Source: an uncultured Actinomycetota bacterium (GTDB lineage Bacteria; Actinomycetota; Actinomycetes; JAHEKZ01). From it: a stretch of DNA of 64,000 nucleotides. This document shows, in pieces, positions 1 to 10,358 of this stretch (positions within the stretch are counted from its first letter, which is position 1; each line of letters opens with the position of its first letter). Where the stretch lies: the NCBI GenBank assembly GCA_963743915.1, contig CAVURN010000003.1, positions 288,001-352,000 on the forward strand, given 5' to 3'. A model generated the notes under the pieces. It had not been told where the DNA came from. It made no database searches and worked only from the letters and a program-made list of their open reading frames with translations. The position numbers and the translations under genes were made by a program.

Positions 1-562
1 GGCTGCTGCGGGTGGCCTCGTCGGCCGACTCCGGGTCCTCGAGCCAGTAGTCGAAGCCGGAGTGGACGGTGACCCGCAGCGGTGTGGCGGGGTCGACGAG
101 GTCGGTCAGCGCCGGTGCGTCCGCCGGCAGCGGCCGCGGGGGGACCGGGGTCCCGGCCTCGGCTGCCAGGGCGCGCACCAGCGCATCACCGATGTCCCGC
201 GACACGTCACCGCTGGAGGTTTGCGTCTGCGCGGCGAGCAGGACCTGGCCGTCCTGACGCACCAGCGCGGGCCACGCCATGGGGAGCAGTGTGCACAGCA
301 GCACCGGACGGTCGGTGTCCGGCACGGCCAGGGGACTGGTGGCGGCGGGCACGAGGTCGTGCATCGCCACCCAGTCGGCTTCACCGGCGAGACCCGCGAA
401 CGGTCGGACGACGCGGTGCTGCGTCGCCTGCGCCTTGCCGTGGCAGGCCTTGTACCGCTTGCCGCTGCCACAGGGGCAGGGCTCGCGGCCCCCGACGACG
501 GGGACATCGCCGTCGGGAGTGGTCACGGGTGCCGATTCGGGGGTGCGACGACGTCTGCTCAC
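1..562 (-). CDS. SEC-C motif protein (DUF5926-like); 3' end runs off the window
   Basis: Manual translation from GTG at 562 gives VSRRRRTPE...[19 protein letters not shown] (SEC-C zinc motif), then [23 protein letters not shown]; no stop before base 1. Confidence 0.75.
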   Translation of the reverse strand, partial: MSRRRRTPESAPVTTPDGDVPVVGGREPCPCGSGKRYKACHGKAQATQHRVVRPFAGLAGEADWVAMHDLVPAATSPLAVPDTDRPVLLCTLLPMAWPALVRQDGQVLLAAQTQTSSGDVSRDIGDALVRALAAEAGTPVPPRPLPADAPALTDLVDPATPLRVTVHSGFDYWLEDPESADEATRSS

Positions 563-596
563 GCCTGGACACTAGCGAGGCGTGCCCGCGTCTCCT

Positions 597-1439
597 TCAG
601 GCCTCCGTGGCGGTGAACCGGTCCACCTGCCCGCGCACCGCGCGGGGGCGGTTGGTGATGATCGCGTCGACGCCCAGCGCGCAGAGCAGCTCGACATCGG
701 CCGGCTCGTCCACGGTCCACACGAAGACTCCGCGTCCGGCGTCCTGCACCCGCCGGACGTACCGGGGGTGCTTGCGGATGATCTCGATGCTGGGTCCGGC
801 AGTGGTCACCCCCTTCGGCAGCGCCCCCGAACGCCACGGAACCGGCACCCGTTCCATCAGCAGGACCAGCGGCAGGCTCGGCGCCAGGCGACGGACCCGG
901 CGTAGCGCCATCTCCGAGAAGCTCATCACCGTGACACCGCTGCGCAGCCCGCCTTCAGACTCAGGGCCTCCCGTGAGGCCGAACCGGCGCAGCGAGTCGA
1001 CCACGGTGCGCTCGACCAGCCCGGCGTAGCGCGTCGGGTGCTTGGTCTCGACCAGAAGCTGCACCGGACGCGGAGCGTCCACCACCAGCTCGAGCAGCCG
1101 GTCGAGGGTGAGGACGCGCGAGCTGTCGGCGGTCAACTGGTCGGGCAGCTCCGAGCTGTCGTGGCGCTGCTGCCAGCTGGCGAAGTCGAGCGACTCGAGG
1201 TCGGCGAGCTCCAACGTCGAGAGCACACCGGCCCCGTTGGAGGTGCGGTCGACCCGACGGTCGTGCACGCAGACCAGGTGCCCGTCCGCGGTGAGGCGCA
1301 CGTCCGCCTCGAGGCCGTCCGCACCGTCGTCGATCGCCTGCAGGTACGCCGCGAGGGTGTGCTCGGGCACGACTTCGGACGCCCCACGGTGCGCCACCAC
1401 CAGTGGTCGGACGGGACCGGGACCGGCCGGGGGCATCAC
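597..1439 (-). CDS. Glycerophosphodiester phosphodiesterase (GDPD family)
   Basis: VVAHRGAS, PEHTLAAY, EADVRLTADG, VHDRRVDRTSNG, WTVD and DAIITNRP motifs. Confidence 0.92.
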   Translation of the reverse strand: MMPPAGPGPVRPLVVAHRGASEVVPEHTLAAYLQAIDDGADGLEADVRLTADGHLVCVHDRRVDRTSNGAGVLSTLELADLESLDFASWQQRHDSSELPDQLTADSSRVLTLDRLLELVVDAPRPVQLLVETKHPTRYAGLVERTVVDSLRRFGLTGGPESEGGLRSGVTVMSFSEMALRRVRRLAPSLPLVLLMERVPVPWRSGALPKGVTTAGPSIEIIRKHPRYVRRVQDAGRGVFVWTVDEPADVELLCALGVDAIITNRPRAVRGQVDRFTATEA

Positions 1440-1451
1440 CGCTCCATGGTG

Positions 1452-2771
1452 TCAGCGCGCGGGCTCGCGAGGCGGGAACAGCACGCCGGGGTTGAGCAGT
1501 CCTCGTGGGTCGAGCGCATCCTTGACCGTGCGCATCGCGGCCAGCTCGGCGGCGTCGCGACACAGCGGCAGGTAAGCGGGCTTGGTCCGTCCGACTCCGT
1601 GCTCGGAGCTGATGCTGCCGCCGTGGTCCGCGACCACGGCGAACACGGTGCGCTCGAGCCTGTCGTCGAGAGCCGGGGGACCGATCACCTGGATGTGCAG
1701 GTTGCCCTCCGCCAGGTGCCCGAAGGTGAAGGCGCGGTGGGGATGGACCAGTCGAGGCAGATGGTCGACGACGTCATCCAGGTGCTCCAGCGGGAGCGCG
1801 ACGTCCAGAGAGTGCACCACTCCGAGGGTGGCGGCCGCTTCGGGTTGACGCTCGCGGTAGACCCACAGCCGGCGGTCCACCGCTGCGTCCGCGGTGTCCG
1901 GCAACCGAGGTTCGCCGACCGTCTCGATGAGCACGTAGTAGGGCCAGCGGTCCTGCAGCGGATGGGGAAGGTGCGCAACGTCGCACACCAGCTCCATGCC
2001 GGTGGTGTCCATGTACTCGGCCGCCAGCAGGTCGGATCGCTCGCCCGCTCCCGCCACGGTGGCGACGGCGTCCGACAGTGTCGGGACACCCACCAGGCTG
2101 GTGACGCGGTCGCGCGGCAGGGCGTCCTGCAGCTGCAGCTGCACGGACGTGATGAGTGCGAGGGTGCCTTCGCTGCCGACCAGCAGCCGCGAGATGTCGA
2201 AGCCGGCGGAGTCCTTGCCGAGGGCGTCGGTGTGGTTCATGACCGATCCGTCGGCGAACACCGCCTCGACACCACGCACCTGCGCACGGGTGTCGCCGAA
2301 CCGCACCACCCGTACGCCGCCAGCGTTGGTGGCGACGGTTCCGCCGACGGTGGCGGAGTCACGCGACGCCAGGTCGACGCCGTACGTCAGGTCGTGCTGC
2401 GCCGCGAGTGCGTGCAGCTCGGCGATCGTCACGCCGGCACCGACCACGACCTGACGCCGTGCGGCGTCCACCTGATCGTGCTGCGTGAGCCGCCGCGTCG
2501 ACACGATGACCGACTGGGGCTCGACCGGGACCGAACCGCCCACCAGGCCGGTGTTGCCGCCCTGGGTGACCACCGGTGTCTCCGCGGCGGCGCACGCCAC
2601 CACGACACCAGCCACCTCGTCGGTCGACCCGGGGCGGACCACGGCGAGCGGGTCGGCGGACCAACGGCCCGTCCAGTCCCGCGCGTGGGGTCGGACGACG
2701 TCGGGGTCGGTGAGGACGTGCTCGCGTCCGACGATCTCGACGAGCTGCTGCAGCAGGCTCACGGTCGGCAC
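1452..2771 (-). CDS. FAD-binding oxidoreductase (D-2-hydroxyacid dehydrogenase/GlcD type)
   Basis: QGGNTGLVGG, TVGGTVATNAGG, GSEGTL, FGHLAEGNLH, SSEHGVG and LNPG motifs. Confidence 0.9.
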   Translation of the reverse strand: MPTVSLLQQLVEIVGREHVLTDPDVVRPHARDWTGRWSADPLAVVRPGSTDEVAGVVVACAAAETPVVTQGGNTGLVGGSVPVEPQSVIVSTRRLTQHDQVDAARRQVVVGAGVTIAELHALAAQHDLTYGVDLASRDSATVGGTVATNAGGVRVVRFGDTRAQVRGVEAVFADGSVMNHTDALGKDSAGFDISRLLVGSEGTLALITSVQLQLQDALPRDRVTSLVGVPTLSDAVATVAGAGERSDLLAAEYMDTTGMELVCDVAHLPHPLQDRWPYYVLIETVGEPRLPDTADAAVDRRLWVYRERQPEAAATLGVVHSLDVALPLEHLDDVVDHLPRLVHPHRAFTFGHLAEGNLHIQVIGPPALDDRLERTVFAVVADHGGSISSEHGVGRTKPAYLPLCRDAAELAAMRTVKDALDPRGLLNPGVLFPPREPAR

Positions 2772-2789
2772 CCTAACGTCGCTGCGCCG

Positions 2790-3653
2790 CTACTTGAGCA
2801 GACGGGAAAGGCGTCGGTCGGCCAGAGGCTTACCGCCCGTCTGGCAGGTCGCGCAGTACTGCAGCGACGAGTCGGCGAACGACACCTCTCGCACCACGTC
2901 ACCGCACTCCGGGCACAGCTCGCCGGTACGTCCGTGGACGCGCATGGCCGCGCGCTTGTCGTCCTTCAGCTCGGACGCCGGGAGCCCCGACGAGCGCTGC
3001 ACCGCGTCCCGCAGCGTGCTGCCGATCGCCCGATGCAGCCGGTCGCGCGCGTCGGCGTCCAGCCGCCCGGCGAGGGCGAACGGCGACAGGTGCGCGACGT
3101 GCAGGATCTCGTCGCTGTAGGCGTTGCCGATGCCGGCGACGACGGACTGGTCGCGCAGCAGTCCCTTGATCTGCGTACGCGCATGCGCGTCGAGGACGGC
3201 GTCGAGGGCGTCGCGGTCGAATGCCTCGGCCAGCGGGTCGGGACCGAGGCGTGCGACACCAGGGACCTCGGACGGATCGCGGACGACGTAGACGGCGAGC
3301 TTCTTGCGGGTCCCCGCCTCGGTGAGGTCGAAGCCGGATCCGTCGTCCAGGTGCACCCGCAACGCGATGGGGCTCTTTCCGGGCTTCAGCGGCGCCGGGG
3401 GCAGCTCCTCACGCCAGCGCAGCCAGCCGGCCCGGGCCAGGTGGACGAGGAGGTGCAGCCCGTCCACGTCGAGGTCGAGGAACTTGCCGTGGCGCTCCAC
3501 GGCGGTGATCGAGAGTCCGCCCAGAGAGGTCACCGGAGGGTCGTACGTCTTCAGGACCGCGATGCTCGCGACGTCGACCCGCGCCACCACGCGTCCGACC
3601 AGGCGCTCGCGCAGGAACCCGGCGAGCGCCTCGACCTCAGGCAGCTCCGGCAT
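2790..3653 (-). CDS. Fpg/Nei family DNA glycosylase
   Basis: N-terminal MPELPEVE, H2TH motif AGIGNAYSDEIL, C-terminal zinc finger CPEC...YCATCQ. Confidence 0.95.
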   Translation of the reverse strand: MPELPEVEALAGFLRERLVGRVVARVDVASIAVLKTYDPPVTSLGGLSITAVERHGKFLDLDVDGLHLLVHLARAGWLRWREELPPAPLKPGKSPIALRVHLDDGSGFDLTEAGTRKKLAVYVVRDPSEVPGVARLGPDPLAEAFDRDALDAVLDAHARTQIKGLLRDQSVVAGIGNAYSDEILHVAHLSPFALAGRLDADARDRLHRAIGSTLRDAVQRSSGLPASELKDDKRAAMRVHGRTGELCPECGDVVREVSFADSSLQYCATCQTGGKPLADRRLSRLLK

Positions 3654-3769
3654 GGGGTCATTCTGGTCCTAGCGGGCGTGATGGGTGCGGCGAGCCCTTC
3701 GATCTACGGGAGCGGTGTCACAGGGCACCCCAACGGGGGAGGGGTGGGACGTTTGGCCCTGAGGGGCCT

Positions 3770-3787
3770 ACCTACGGTACCGTAGGT
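3770..3787. promoter_or_regulatory. Perfect 18-bp palindrome ACCTACGGTACCGTAGGT, putative repressor operator
   Basis: Self-complementary; 9 bp upstream of the ATG at 3797 in a divergent intergenic region. Confidence 0.6.
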
Positions 3788-3796
3788 TGCTAGATC

Positions 3797-5275
3797 ATGA
3801 GACGCACCGACCTCACGCCCGACGAGCGGGCCCGGCTGCTGCCCCCGGTCATCCAGGGCGGCATGGGCGTCGGCGTCTCCAGCTGGCGGCTCGCCCGCAC
3901 GGTCGCCCAGCACGGCGGCCTCGGCGTCATCAGCGGTGTCGCGTCCGACCTGCTGGTCGCGCGGTGGCTGCAGGACGGCGACCCCGACGGTCATGTCCGG
4001 GCTGCCATGGCGCAGTACCCCGACCAGCAGTTCGTCGCCGCCACGCTCAAGCGCTTCTACCGTCCCGAGGGCCGAGCTCCTGGCGCGCCCTACCGCCCGC
4101 TCCCCAGACTCGACCACCACCAACGGCTGGACGCGGTGCGGCTCGCCACGCTGGGCACCTTCGTGCAGGTCCGGATGGCCAAGGAGGGTCACGACGGACC
4201 GATCGGCATCAACCTGCTCGAGAAGATCCAGCTCTGGACGCCGGCGACGCTCTTCGGCGCGATGCTCGCCGGACGTCGACGTCGTGCTGGTCGGCGCCGG
4301 ACTGCCCACGCACATCCCGCGGCTGCTCGACGGATTCGCCGCGGGGCAGCCGGTGCAGCTGCCGATCGACGTCGTCGGCTCAGACGCCGCCGACGAGCTG
4401 GTGATCTCGCTCGACCCGAGCACCGTCGTGCCCGAAGCTCCGCGCGTCCTCGATCGGCCGGTCTTCCTGGCGATCATCTCCTCGCACATCCTCGCGGCCT
4501 ACCTGGCCCGCGATGACGCCACCAGGCCCGACGGATTCGTCATCGAGGGACCGACCGCCGGCGGCCACAACGCTCCACCCACGTCGCATGGAGCTCGACG
4601 AGGCCGGCGAACCGATCTACGGACCGCGTGACGTGGTCGACCTCGACAAGGTCGCGAAGGTCGGGCTTCCCTACTGGCTCGCCGGTGGTCAGGCGACGCC
4701 CGCGCACGTCGCAGCAGCTCGGGCCGCAGGGTGCGCACGGCGTCCAGGTCGGCACCGTCTTCGCACTCAGCGACGAGTCCGGGCTCACCCCGCCGCTTCG
4801 ACAGGCGCTGCTGCGCAGCCTCGCGGACGGTACCGCGGACGTGCGCACCGACCCGCGCGCCAGCCCCACCGGCTTCCCGTTCAAGGTGGTGCAGCATGGA
4901 CGGCACGGTCGCCCGACCCGAGGTCGTCGAGGCCCGCGGGCGCATCTGCGACCTCGGCTACCTGCGGGTCGCCCTACAAGCGTCGCCGACGGCACGATCG
5001 GACAGCGTTGTCCGTCGGAGCCCGTCGACGTCTACGTGCGCAAGGGCGGCGACATCGACGACACCGTTGACCGCAAGTGTCTGTGCAACGGCCTCACCGC
5101 ATCGGCCGGGGTGCCACAGATCCGCGGAGACGGGTCGGTCGAGCCTCCGCTGCTGACGCTCGGGCACGACCTCGCGGCCGTGCACGAGCTGCTCGAGCTC
5201 CACCCGCACGGCTGGGCAGCAGCGGACGTGATGCAATGGCTGCTGTCTGAGGTCCGCGCGCCCGCGGCCGTCTGA
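3797..5275 (+). CDS. Nitronate monooxygenase/FabK-like flavoprotein (several apparent frameshifts)
   Basis: IQGGMGVGVS, EGPTAGGHNAPP, VQVGTVFA, ASPTGFPFKV and CLCNGL motifs spread over successive frames. Confidence 0.8.
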
Positions 5276-5290
5276 GCCCGGGAGGTTCAC

Positions 5291-5802
5291 ATGTCCTCGT
5301 CCCCCTGGCTGCCGGACGACTGGCAGCACCCGCATCGCGTCGACCTGCGGGACCGGACACCACCTGCGACCCATCCGCGCGACGGACGTCGACCTCGACA
5401 TGCCCGCCGTCATGGGTTCTCAGGAACGGCTGTGGTCGATCTACGGACAGGCCTGGGGCTGGCCGCCCGCCTCCATGACCGCCGAGGAGGACCGCGTCGA
5501 CCTCGCCCGGCACGAGGCCGAGATCGAGGCGCACGAGTCCTTCAACTACGCGCTGTTCGACGCAGAGGAGACGCAGCTCCTCGGCTGCGTCTACATCGAC
5601 CCTCCCGAGAAGGTCGGCGCCGACGCCGAGATCTCGTGGTGGGTCGTCGACCCACTGGTCGGCACTCCGGTCGAGGCGGCGCTGGACGAGCTCGTCCCGC
5701 GGTGGATCGCCCAGTGACTGGCCGCTGACCCGACCCCGCTACGTGGGACGCGACCTCAGCTGGCAGGAGTGGCTCGACCTCCCGGACCTCGACTCCGCCT
5801 AA
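5291..5802 (+). CDS. GNAT-like N-acetyltransferase (frameshifted near 5350 and 5715)
   Basis: SD GGAGG then MSSSPWLPDDWQHP; continues DMPAVMGSQERLWSIYG...FNYALFD...LLGCVYIDPP...EISWWVV; TAA at 5800-5802. Confidence 0.7.
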
Positions 5803-7037
5803 GCCGGCGTGTGCACGAGCCCGAGGGCCTGCGCCTCCTCGAACAGCTCGTCCCGCACGTCCGGGTGCGCCGCCTGGTCGATGAGGTTGAGCGCTTGCTC
5901 CTCCTGCGACTGCCCCCAGATGGGGGCCACCCCGTTCTCGGTGACGACCGCGCTGTGCTGGAAGGACGTCACCGGCTCGTCGACGAGGGGCACGATCGTC
6001 GAGCAGTCTGCCTTCGGGTGCCACGACCGCATCGCGACGAGCGCCTGTCCACCGCGAGAGTGCAGCGCCCCCACCACGAAGTCGGTCTGCCCGCCGAAGC
6101 CGGAGTAGATCCGGTTGTTGATCCGAGAGGCGTTCGCCTGCCCGAACAGGTCGACCTGCAGCGCGGCGTTGACCGACACCATCAGCGGCCGGGCGGAGAT
6201 CGTGGCCGGGTTGTTGGTCGTCTCGGTGCGCAGGAGCCGCAGCGACTGGTTGCGGTCGACCCACGCGTACAGCTCCTGCGAGCCGAAGATGAAGGACGCG
6301 ACCACCGGCTCCGTCGTGTCGAGCGCACCCTTCTCGTGCAGCGCCAGGACGCCGTCACTGACCATCTCCGACCAGATCTTCAGGCCGCGCCGGTCGGAGA
6401 CTCCGAGCAGGGACGCGTCCGGCACCGCGCCGATCCCGAGCTGCAGGGTGGCTCCGTCCGGAACGAGCTCGGCCACCCGCGAGCCGATCTCACGCGACAC
6501 GTCATCGATCACCAGCGGTGCGAGGTCGGCAAGCGGCTCGTCGCCCTCGACGAGCAGGTCGAAGCTGTCGACCTCGTACTCACCGTCCCCGAAGGTGTAG
6601 GGCATGTGCCGGTTCACCTGGCCGATGACCAGCCCACCGGCCGAGCGGCACTCCTCGATGGCGGCCGGCAGGACGTTGACCTCCAGACCGAGCGAGACCC
6701 GCCCGTCGACGACGCGCGAGGTGTGGACCATGACGACGTCGGTCTGCAGGGTCTTGCGGAAGAGCACCGGAACCAGCGAGAGGCGGGACGGCAGGTAGCG
6801 CAGGCGCGGGCTCCTGCGCATGCCCGGGCCCACGAAGCAGGTCTCGAGGGTGACGCCCTCGCGGTCGGGCAGTCCGCCCTGGGCGTTCAGTGCCCAGAGC
6901 CGGTAACGCGGCACCTCCGCATCGACTGCGGCGACAAGCATCCGGGGTGTCGCGTGGTTGCCACTGACCACGATGCGCGGCTCGTCGCGGAGTGCTGCCA
7001 CCGCACGCGCCGCATCGGCGGCAGTCACCCACTTCAC
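5799..7037 (-). CDS. Acetyl-CoA hydrolase/4-hydroxybutyrate CoA-transferase family protein
   Basis: GATLQLGIGAVP, WSEMVSDG, VDLFGQANAS, SGFGGQTDF, VVTENGVA and AHPDVRDEL motifs. Confidence 0.9.
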   Translation of the reverse strand: MKWVTAADAARAVAALRDEPRIVVSGNHATPRMLVAAVDAEVPRYRLWALNAQGGLPDREGVTLETCFVGPGMRRSPRLRYLPSRLSLVPVLFRKTLQTDVVMVHTSRVVDGRVSLGLEVNVLPAAIEECRSAGGLVIGQVNRHMPYTFGDGEYEVDSFDLLVEGDEPLADLAPLVIDDVSREIGSRVAELVPDGATLQLGIGAVPDASLLGVSDRRGLKIWSEMVSDGVLALHEKGALDTTEPVVASFIFGSQELYAWVDRNQSLRLLRTETTNNPATISARPLMVSVNAALQVDLFGQANASRINNRIYSGFGGQTDFVVGALHSRGGQALVAMRSWHPKADCSTIVPLVDEPVTSFQHSAVVTENGVAPIWGQSQEEQALNLIDQAAHPDVRDELFEEAQALGLVHTPA

Positions 7038-7120
7038 GTGCTCACCCTAGGCACTGCCGCCGGACTTCACCCACATGGCCGAACACCTGGGCCCCGGGAG
7101 CGCCGAAGACATGGGTGAAC

Positions 7121-7162
7121 GGCGCAGCCGGTGCCACGCGAGGGGGTGGCACCGACCGCGCC
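7121..7162. terminator. GC-rich stem-loop downstream of the GNAT gene
   Basis: CGGTGCCAC...GTGGCACCG stem with outer GGCGC/GCGCC pairing. Confidence 0.4.
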
Positions 7163-7182
7163 GTTCGTGTGTCAGGTGCCCC

Positions 7183-8012
7183 TCAGACGAATCCGGGATG
7201 GGGCAGCACGCGCGTCGCGTCCCAGAGGTCGGGCTCACTCGCGCAGTAGACGTCGAGGTCGACGACTCGCCAGCCGAGGTCGAGCAGCAAGGGAAGCACA
7301 GGATTCTCCCCGGGCACCGAGACGAGCAGGTCCGCACCGCAGAAGGGTTTGAGCGCCGTCACTGCATCGGGCAGGCAGGACGCGTCGACCGCCGACAGGT
7401 GTGTGAGCGTGTGGCGTGCGCGTGTGCGCGTGACGCATCCGGCCGCCACCGGCTCGCTCACCGTCGCTGACGACCAGGGAACGCGAGCCCTCGTGGGCGG
7501 ACCAGTAGGCGTACTCCACCGAGCGGTCCCATCCGATCCAGTCCTGCTCCAGTGCGGCGAGCTCGGCGGCGTCCGCGTCCCGTACGACGAACGGGGACGA
7601 AGGCCAGCCTCGGGGTCACCCCGCAGGTAGAGCAGCGGCCAGCGCGGGGTCATGCCGGCAACGGACGTACAGCGGGAGCGCGGAGGGGTGCAGCGATGAG
7701 AACGTCTGGCGGGGTGCTGTCCTGGTCGAAGTCCCATGCGGCCTCGAGGAGCGCGGCGCCGATCCCCTGCCCGTGGGCGTCGGGGTGGACGAAGAGGTCA
7801 GCGAGGTGCGTGGCGCCCCCGGCGTCGATCACGCCGGAGTAGCCGAGCACGATGCCGCCCGCCTCCGCGATGACGAGGCGTCCGGCGCTGACGAGGTGCT
7901 CGTAGTACGCGTCGTCGACGTCCGCGCCCTCGTCAGGGGGGTCGACCACACCGGCGACATCGAGCACCGCGGGGAGGTCGTCGGGACCGGCGTCGCGCAC
8001 CTCGATCAGCAC
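7183..8012 (-). CDS. GNAT acetyltransferase, two-domain (frameshifted)
   Basis: LADLFVHPDAHGQGIGAALL acetyl-CoA motif; C-terminal part AGMTPRWPLLYL...RVLPHPGFV lies in other frames. Confidence 0.65.
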
Positions 8013-8039
8013 ACCTCAGCCTAAGCCGGATGCGGCGGG

Positions 8040-8660
8040 TCAGAAGGTGAGGCCGGCCACCATCATCGTCGCCACGACCACGCCGAGTCCCGTCCAGATG
8101 AGCAGGTCGGTGCCGCCACGCACCAGCCAGCCGGCTCCGTCGAGGAACCGGTTGCCGGACAGGTACCCCAGGCGCCAGCCGATGCGCCACCAGGCCACGT
8201 TCATCAGCAGCACCATCGTCCCGATCACCAGGCAGTACAGGCAGACCTGACCGATGACGAAGGCGGTCTGGGCGAGGAACCACACCGTGAAGGCCGCCAT
8301 GAACCCGGCGAAGAAGGTGGCAACACCCCAGGTGACCTTCGACAGCGCCGAGCCGAGCAGCCCGGCGCCCGCCACCCCGAGCGTCAGCGCGAAGACCGAC
8401 AGTCCGATGGCGGAGTTCGGGATCGGCCCGAACACGCTGGACTGCCACGAGGTCAGCACGCTGCCGCACGAGAACGTCCCGTTGATGTCGCACAGCAGGT
8501 TGGCGTCGGCGTTCTCCGCGAGCGCGATCCGCTCGACGAGCTGCGTGATCGTGGAGGCCATACCGATGACCGCGGCCACCACCACGAGGACGTACCACCC
8601 ACGTGGCGGGCGCACGGAACCCGCGGTGGGGGTCGCAGGGGAGTCCATGAGCTGTGTCAT
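8040..8660 (-). CDS. Vitamin K epoxide reductase (VKOR) family disulfide-bond protein
   Basis: CDINGTFSCGSVLTSWQSSVFG loop cysteines, CLYC active site, multiple TM helices. Confidence 0.92.
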   Translation of the reverse strand: MTQLMDSPATPTAGSVRPPRGWYVLVVVAAVIGMASTITQLVERIALAENADANLLCDINGTFSCGSVLTSWQSSVFGPIPNSAIGLSVFALTLGVAGAGLLGSALSKVTWGVATFFAGFMAAFTVWFLAQTAFVIGQVCLYCLVIGTMVLLMNVAWWRIGWRLGYLSGNRFLDGAGWLVRGGTDLLIWTGLGVVVATMMVAGLTF

Positions 8661-8733
8661 ACCTCGATGATCGGGCGCTCACCGCTCACGGAACACGGAC
8701 CAACGTCCCGGAACGACGACTCATCCGTTCGCG

Positions 8734-9225
8734 CTACTGGCGTGGCTCCGTCTCGATGCCCCCGACCTCGCGCACCAGAGTGACCAGGTTGGCGACCACG
8801 GCGATGGCGGAGCCGATCATTCCGATCCACAGCATCACGGTGACGAGCATGGCCCAGTCGAAGCTGTAGGCGCTGAAGTCGAACGGGAACACCACGAGCA
8901 CGAGCAGGATCACCGCGAACGACACCACGGCGGTGAACGCGTCCCCGAGCGCCTTCAGCCAGCGGGGATCCGCGATGAGGTAGACCGCGTTGACCACCGC
9001 ACTGATGACGAGCGAGGCGTTCAGCAGTGGCAGGACGTCGTTCGTCGCGTCGGTGAGGAAGGGCACCTCCTGCCAGCCGGGCCACTCGTTGATGAAGAAG
9101 ATCATGAGGACGTTGAGGGTGATGCCCAGCGCGTAGCCGAACCGACGGCTGGCGACCGAAGGGCGCTGCCGTCGTGCGGGACGCTCGGGGGTCGTGACCA
9201 CAGGGGAGACCACTGGGGTGGTCAT
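8734..9225 (-). CDS. Hypothetical membrane protein (about 4 TM)
   Basis: SD GGAGG then ATG at 9225, 16 bp after the aguA stop; hydrophobic segments; no recognised motif. Confidence 0.7.
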   Translation of the reverse strand: MTTPVVSPVVTTPERPARRQRPSVASRRFGYALGITLNVLMIFFINEWPGWQEVPFLTDATNDVLPLLNASLVISAVVNAVYLIADPRWLKALGDAFTAVVSFAVILLVLVVFPFDFSAYSFDWAMLVTVMLWIGMIGSAIAVVANLVTLVREVGGIETEPRQ

Positions 9226-9241
9226 GGTGTCGCCTCCCGTT

Positions 9242-10348
9242 CTACAGGGTGGAGGAACCGGCGGGCTGCTGCTGGGTGATGCAGTGCACGTTGCCGCCGC
9301 CGAGCAGGATCTCCCGGCCGGGCACGGTGACGATCCGGTGGTCGGGGAAGAGCTGCTCGTAGGTCTTGAGTGCGGCGTCGTCATGCGGGTCGTCGAAGAC
9401 GGGCAGCACGATGAGGCCGTTGGCGTAGTAGGAGTTCACGTACGAGCCGGCGAGGCGCTCGCCCTCGACGCGCGGCATCACGCCGGGCACCTGGTCCACG
9501 CCTTCCGCTTCTTCCGCGGTGATGAGAATCGGACCCGGTTGGTGCACCAGGGTGATCTCGAGCGCTCGCTCTTGGGCATCCCTGGCCGCCTTGAGGATCT
9601 GCAGTGCCTCGTGGCTGATGGCGTACTGCGGGTCCGACTCGTCGTCGGTCCAGGTCAGCATCACGTGACCGGGCCGCACGAACCGGCAGAAGTTGTCGAC
9701 GTGGCCACTCGTCTCGTCGAGGTAGACACCTCGCGGGAGCCAGAGCACGACGTCGACGCCGAGGTACTCCCTCAGGTGCCACTCGATCTGTTCGCGGGTC
9801 AGCTGCGGGTTGCGGTTGCCGTGGATCAGGCACTCCTCGGTGGTGAGCACCGTTCCCTCACCGTCGACGTCGATCGACCCGCCTTCCATCACGAAGTCGG
9901 GTGCGTAGCCCTGGACGCGCTCGAGGTCGAGGACCTTGCCGCCGACGAGGTCGTCGGCGTCCCAGGGGAAGTAGAGCCCCTTCTCGAAGCCCCCCCAGGC
10001 ATTGAACTTCCAGTCGACACCGCGGACCTGACGTTCCTCGTTGATGAGGAACGTCGGTCCGCAGTCACGGATCCACGCGTCGTTGGTGGACATCTCCACG
10101 AGCCTCACGGCGTCGGAGAGCCGTTGGCGGGCGTTGACGTACTGCCCCGCCGACACGCACACCGTGACGGGTTCGACCTCGGCGATCGCCTCGGCGACCC
10201 GGGTGAACGCCATCTGGGCCGGCTTGCCGCCGTTGCGCCAGTTGTCGCTGCGCTCCGGCCAGATGAGCCAGGTACCACGGTGCGGGTGCCACTCGGCCGG
10301 CATCCAGTAGCCGTCCTGGCGCGGGGTGGTGCTGAGCGGGGCAGACAT
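9242..10348 (-). CDS. aguA: Agmatine deiminase
   Basis: [48 protein letters not shown] and [13 protein letters not shown] motifs. Confidence 0.96.
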   Translation of the reverse strand: MSAPLSTTPRQDGYWMPAEWHPHRGTWLIWPERSDNWRNGGKPAQMAFTRVAEAIAEVEPVTVCVSAGQYVNARQRLSDAVRLVEMSTNDAWIRDCGPTFLINEERQVRGVDWKFNAWGGFEKGLYFPWDADDLVGGKVLDLERVQGYAPDFVMEGGSIDVDGEGTVLTTEECLIHGNRNPQLTREQIEWHLREYLGVDVVLWLPRGVYLDETSGHVDNFCRFVRPGHVMLTWTDDESDPQYAISHEALQILKAARDAQERALEITLVHQPGPILITAEEAEGVDQVPGVMPRVEGERLAGSYVNSYYANGLIVLPVFDDPHDDAALKTYEQLFPDHRIVTVPGREILLGGGNVHCITQQQPAGSSTL

Positions 10349-10358
10349 CGTTCTCTCC

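Noticed and set aside
1038-3785. 915-aa plus-strand ORF and many other long antisense ORFs (e.g. 5769-7118, 9194-10633, 10326-11906, 49523-51202)
   Set aside because: Shadow ORFs opposite well-supported genes, expected in high-GC DNA; no protein motifs.
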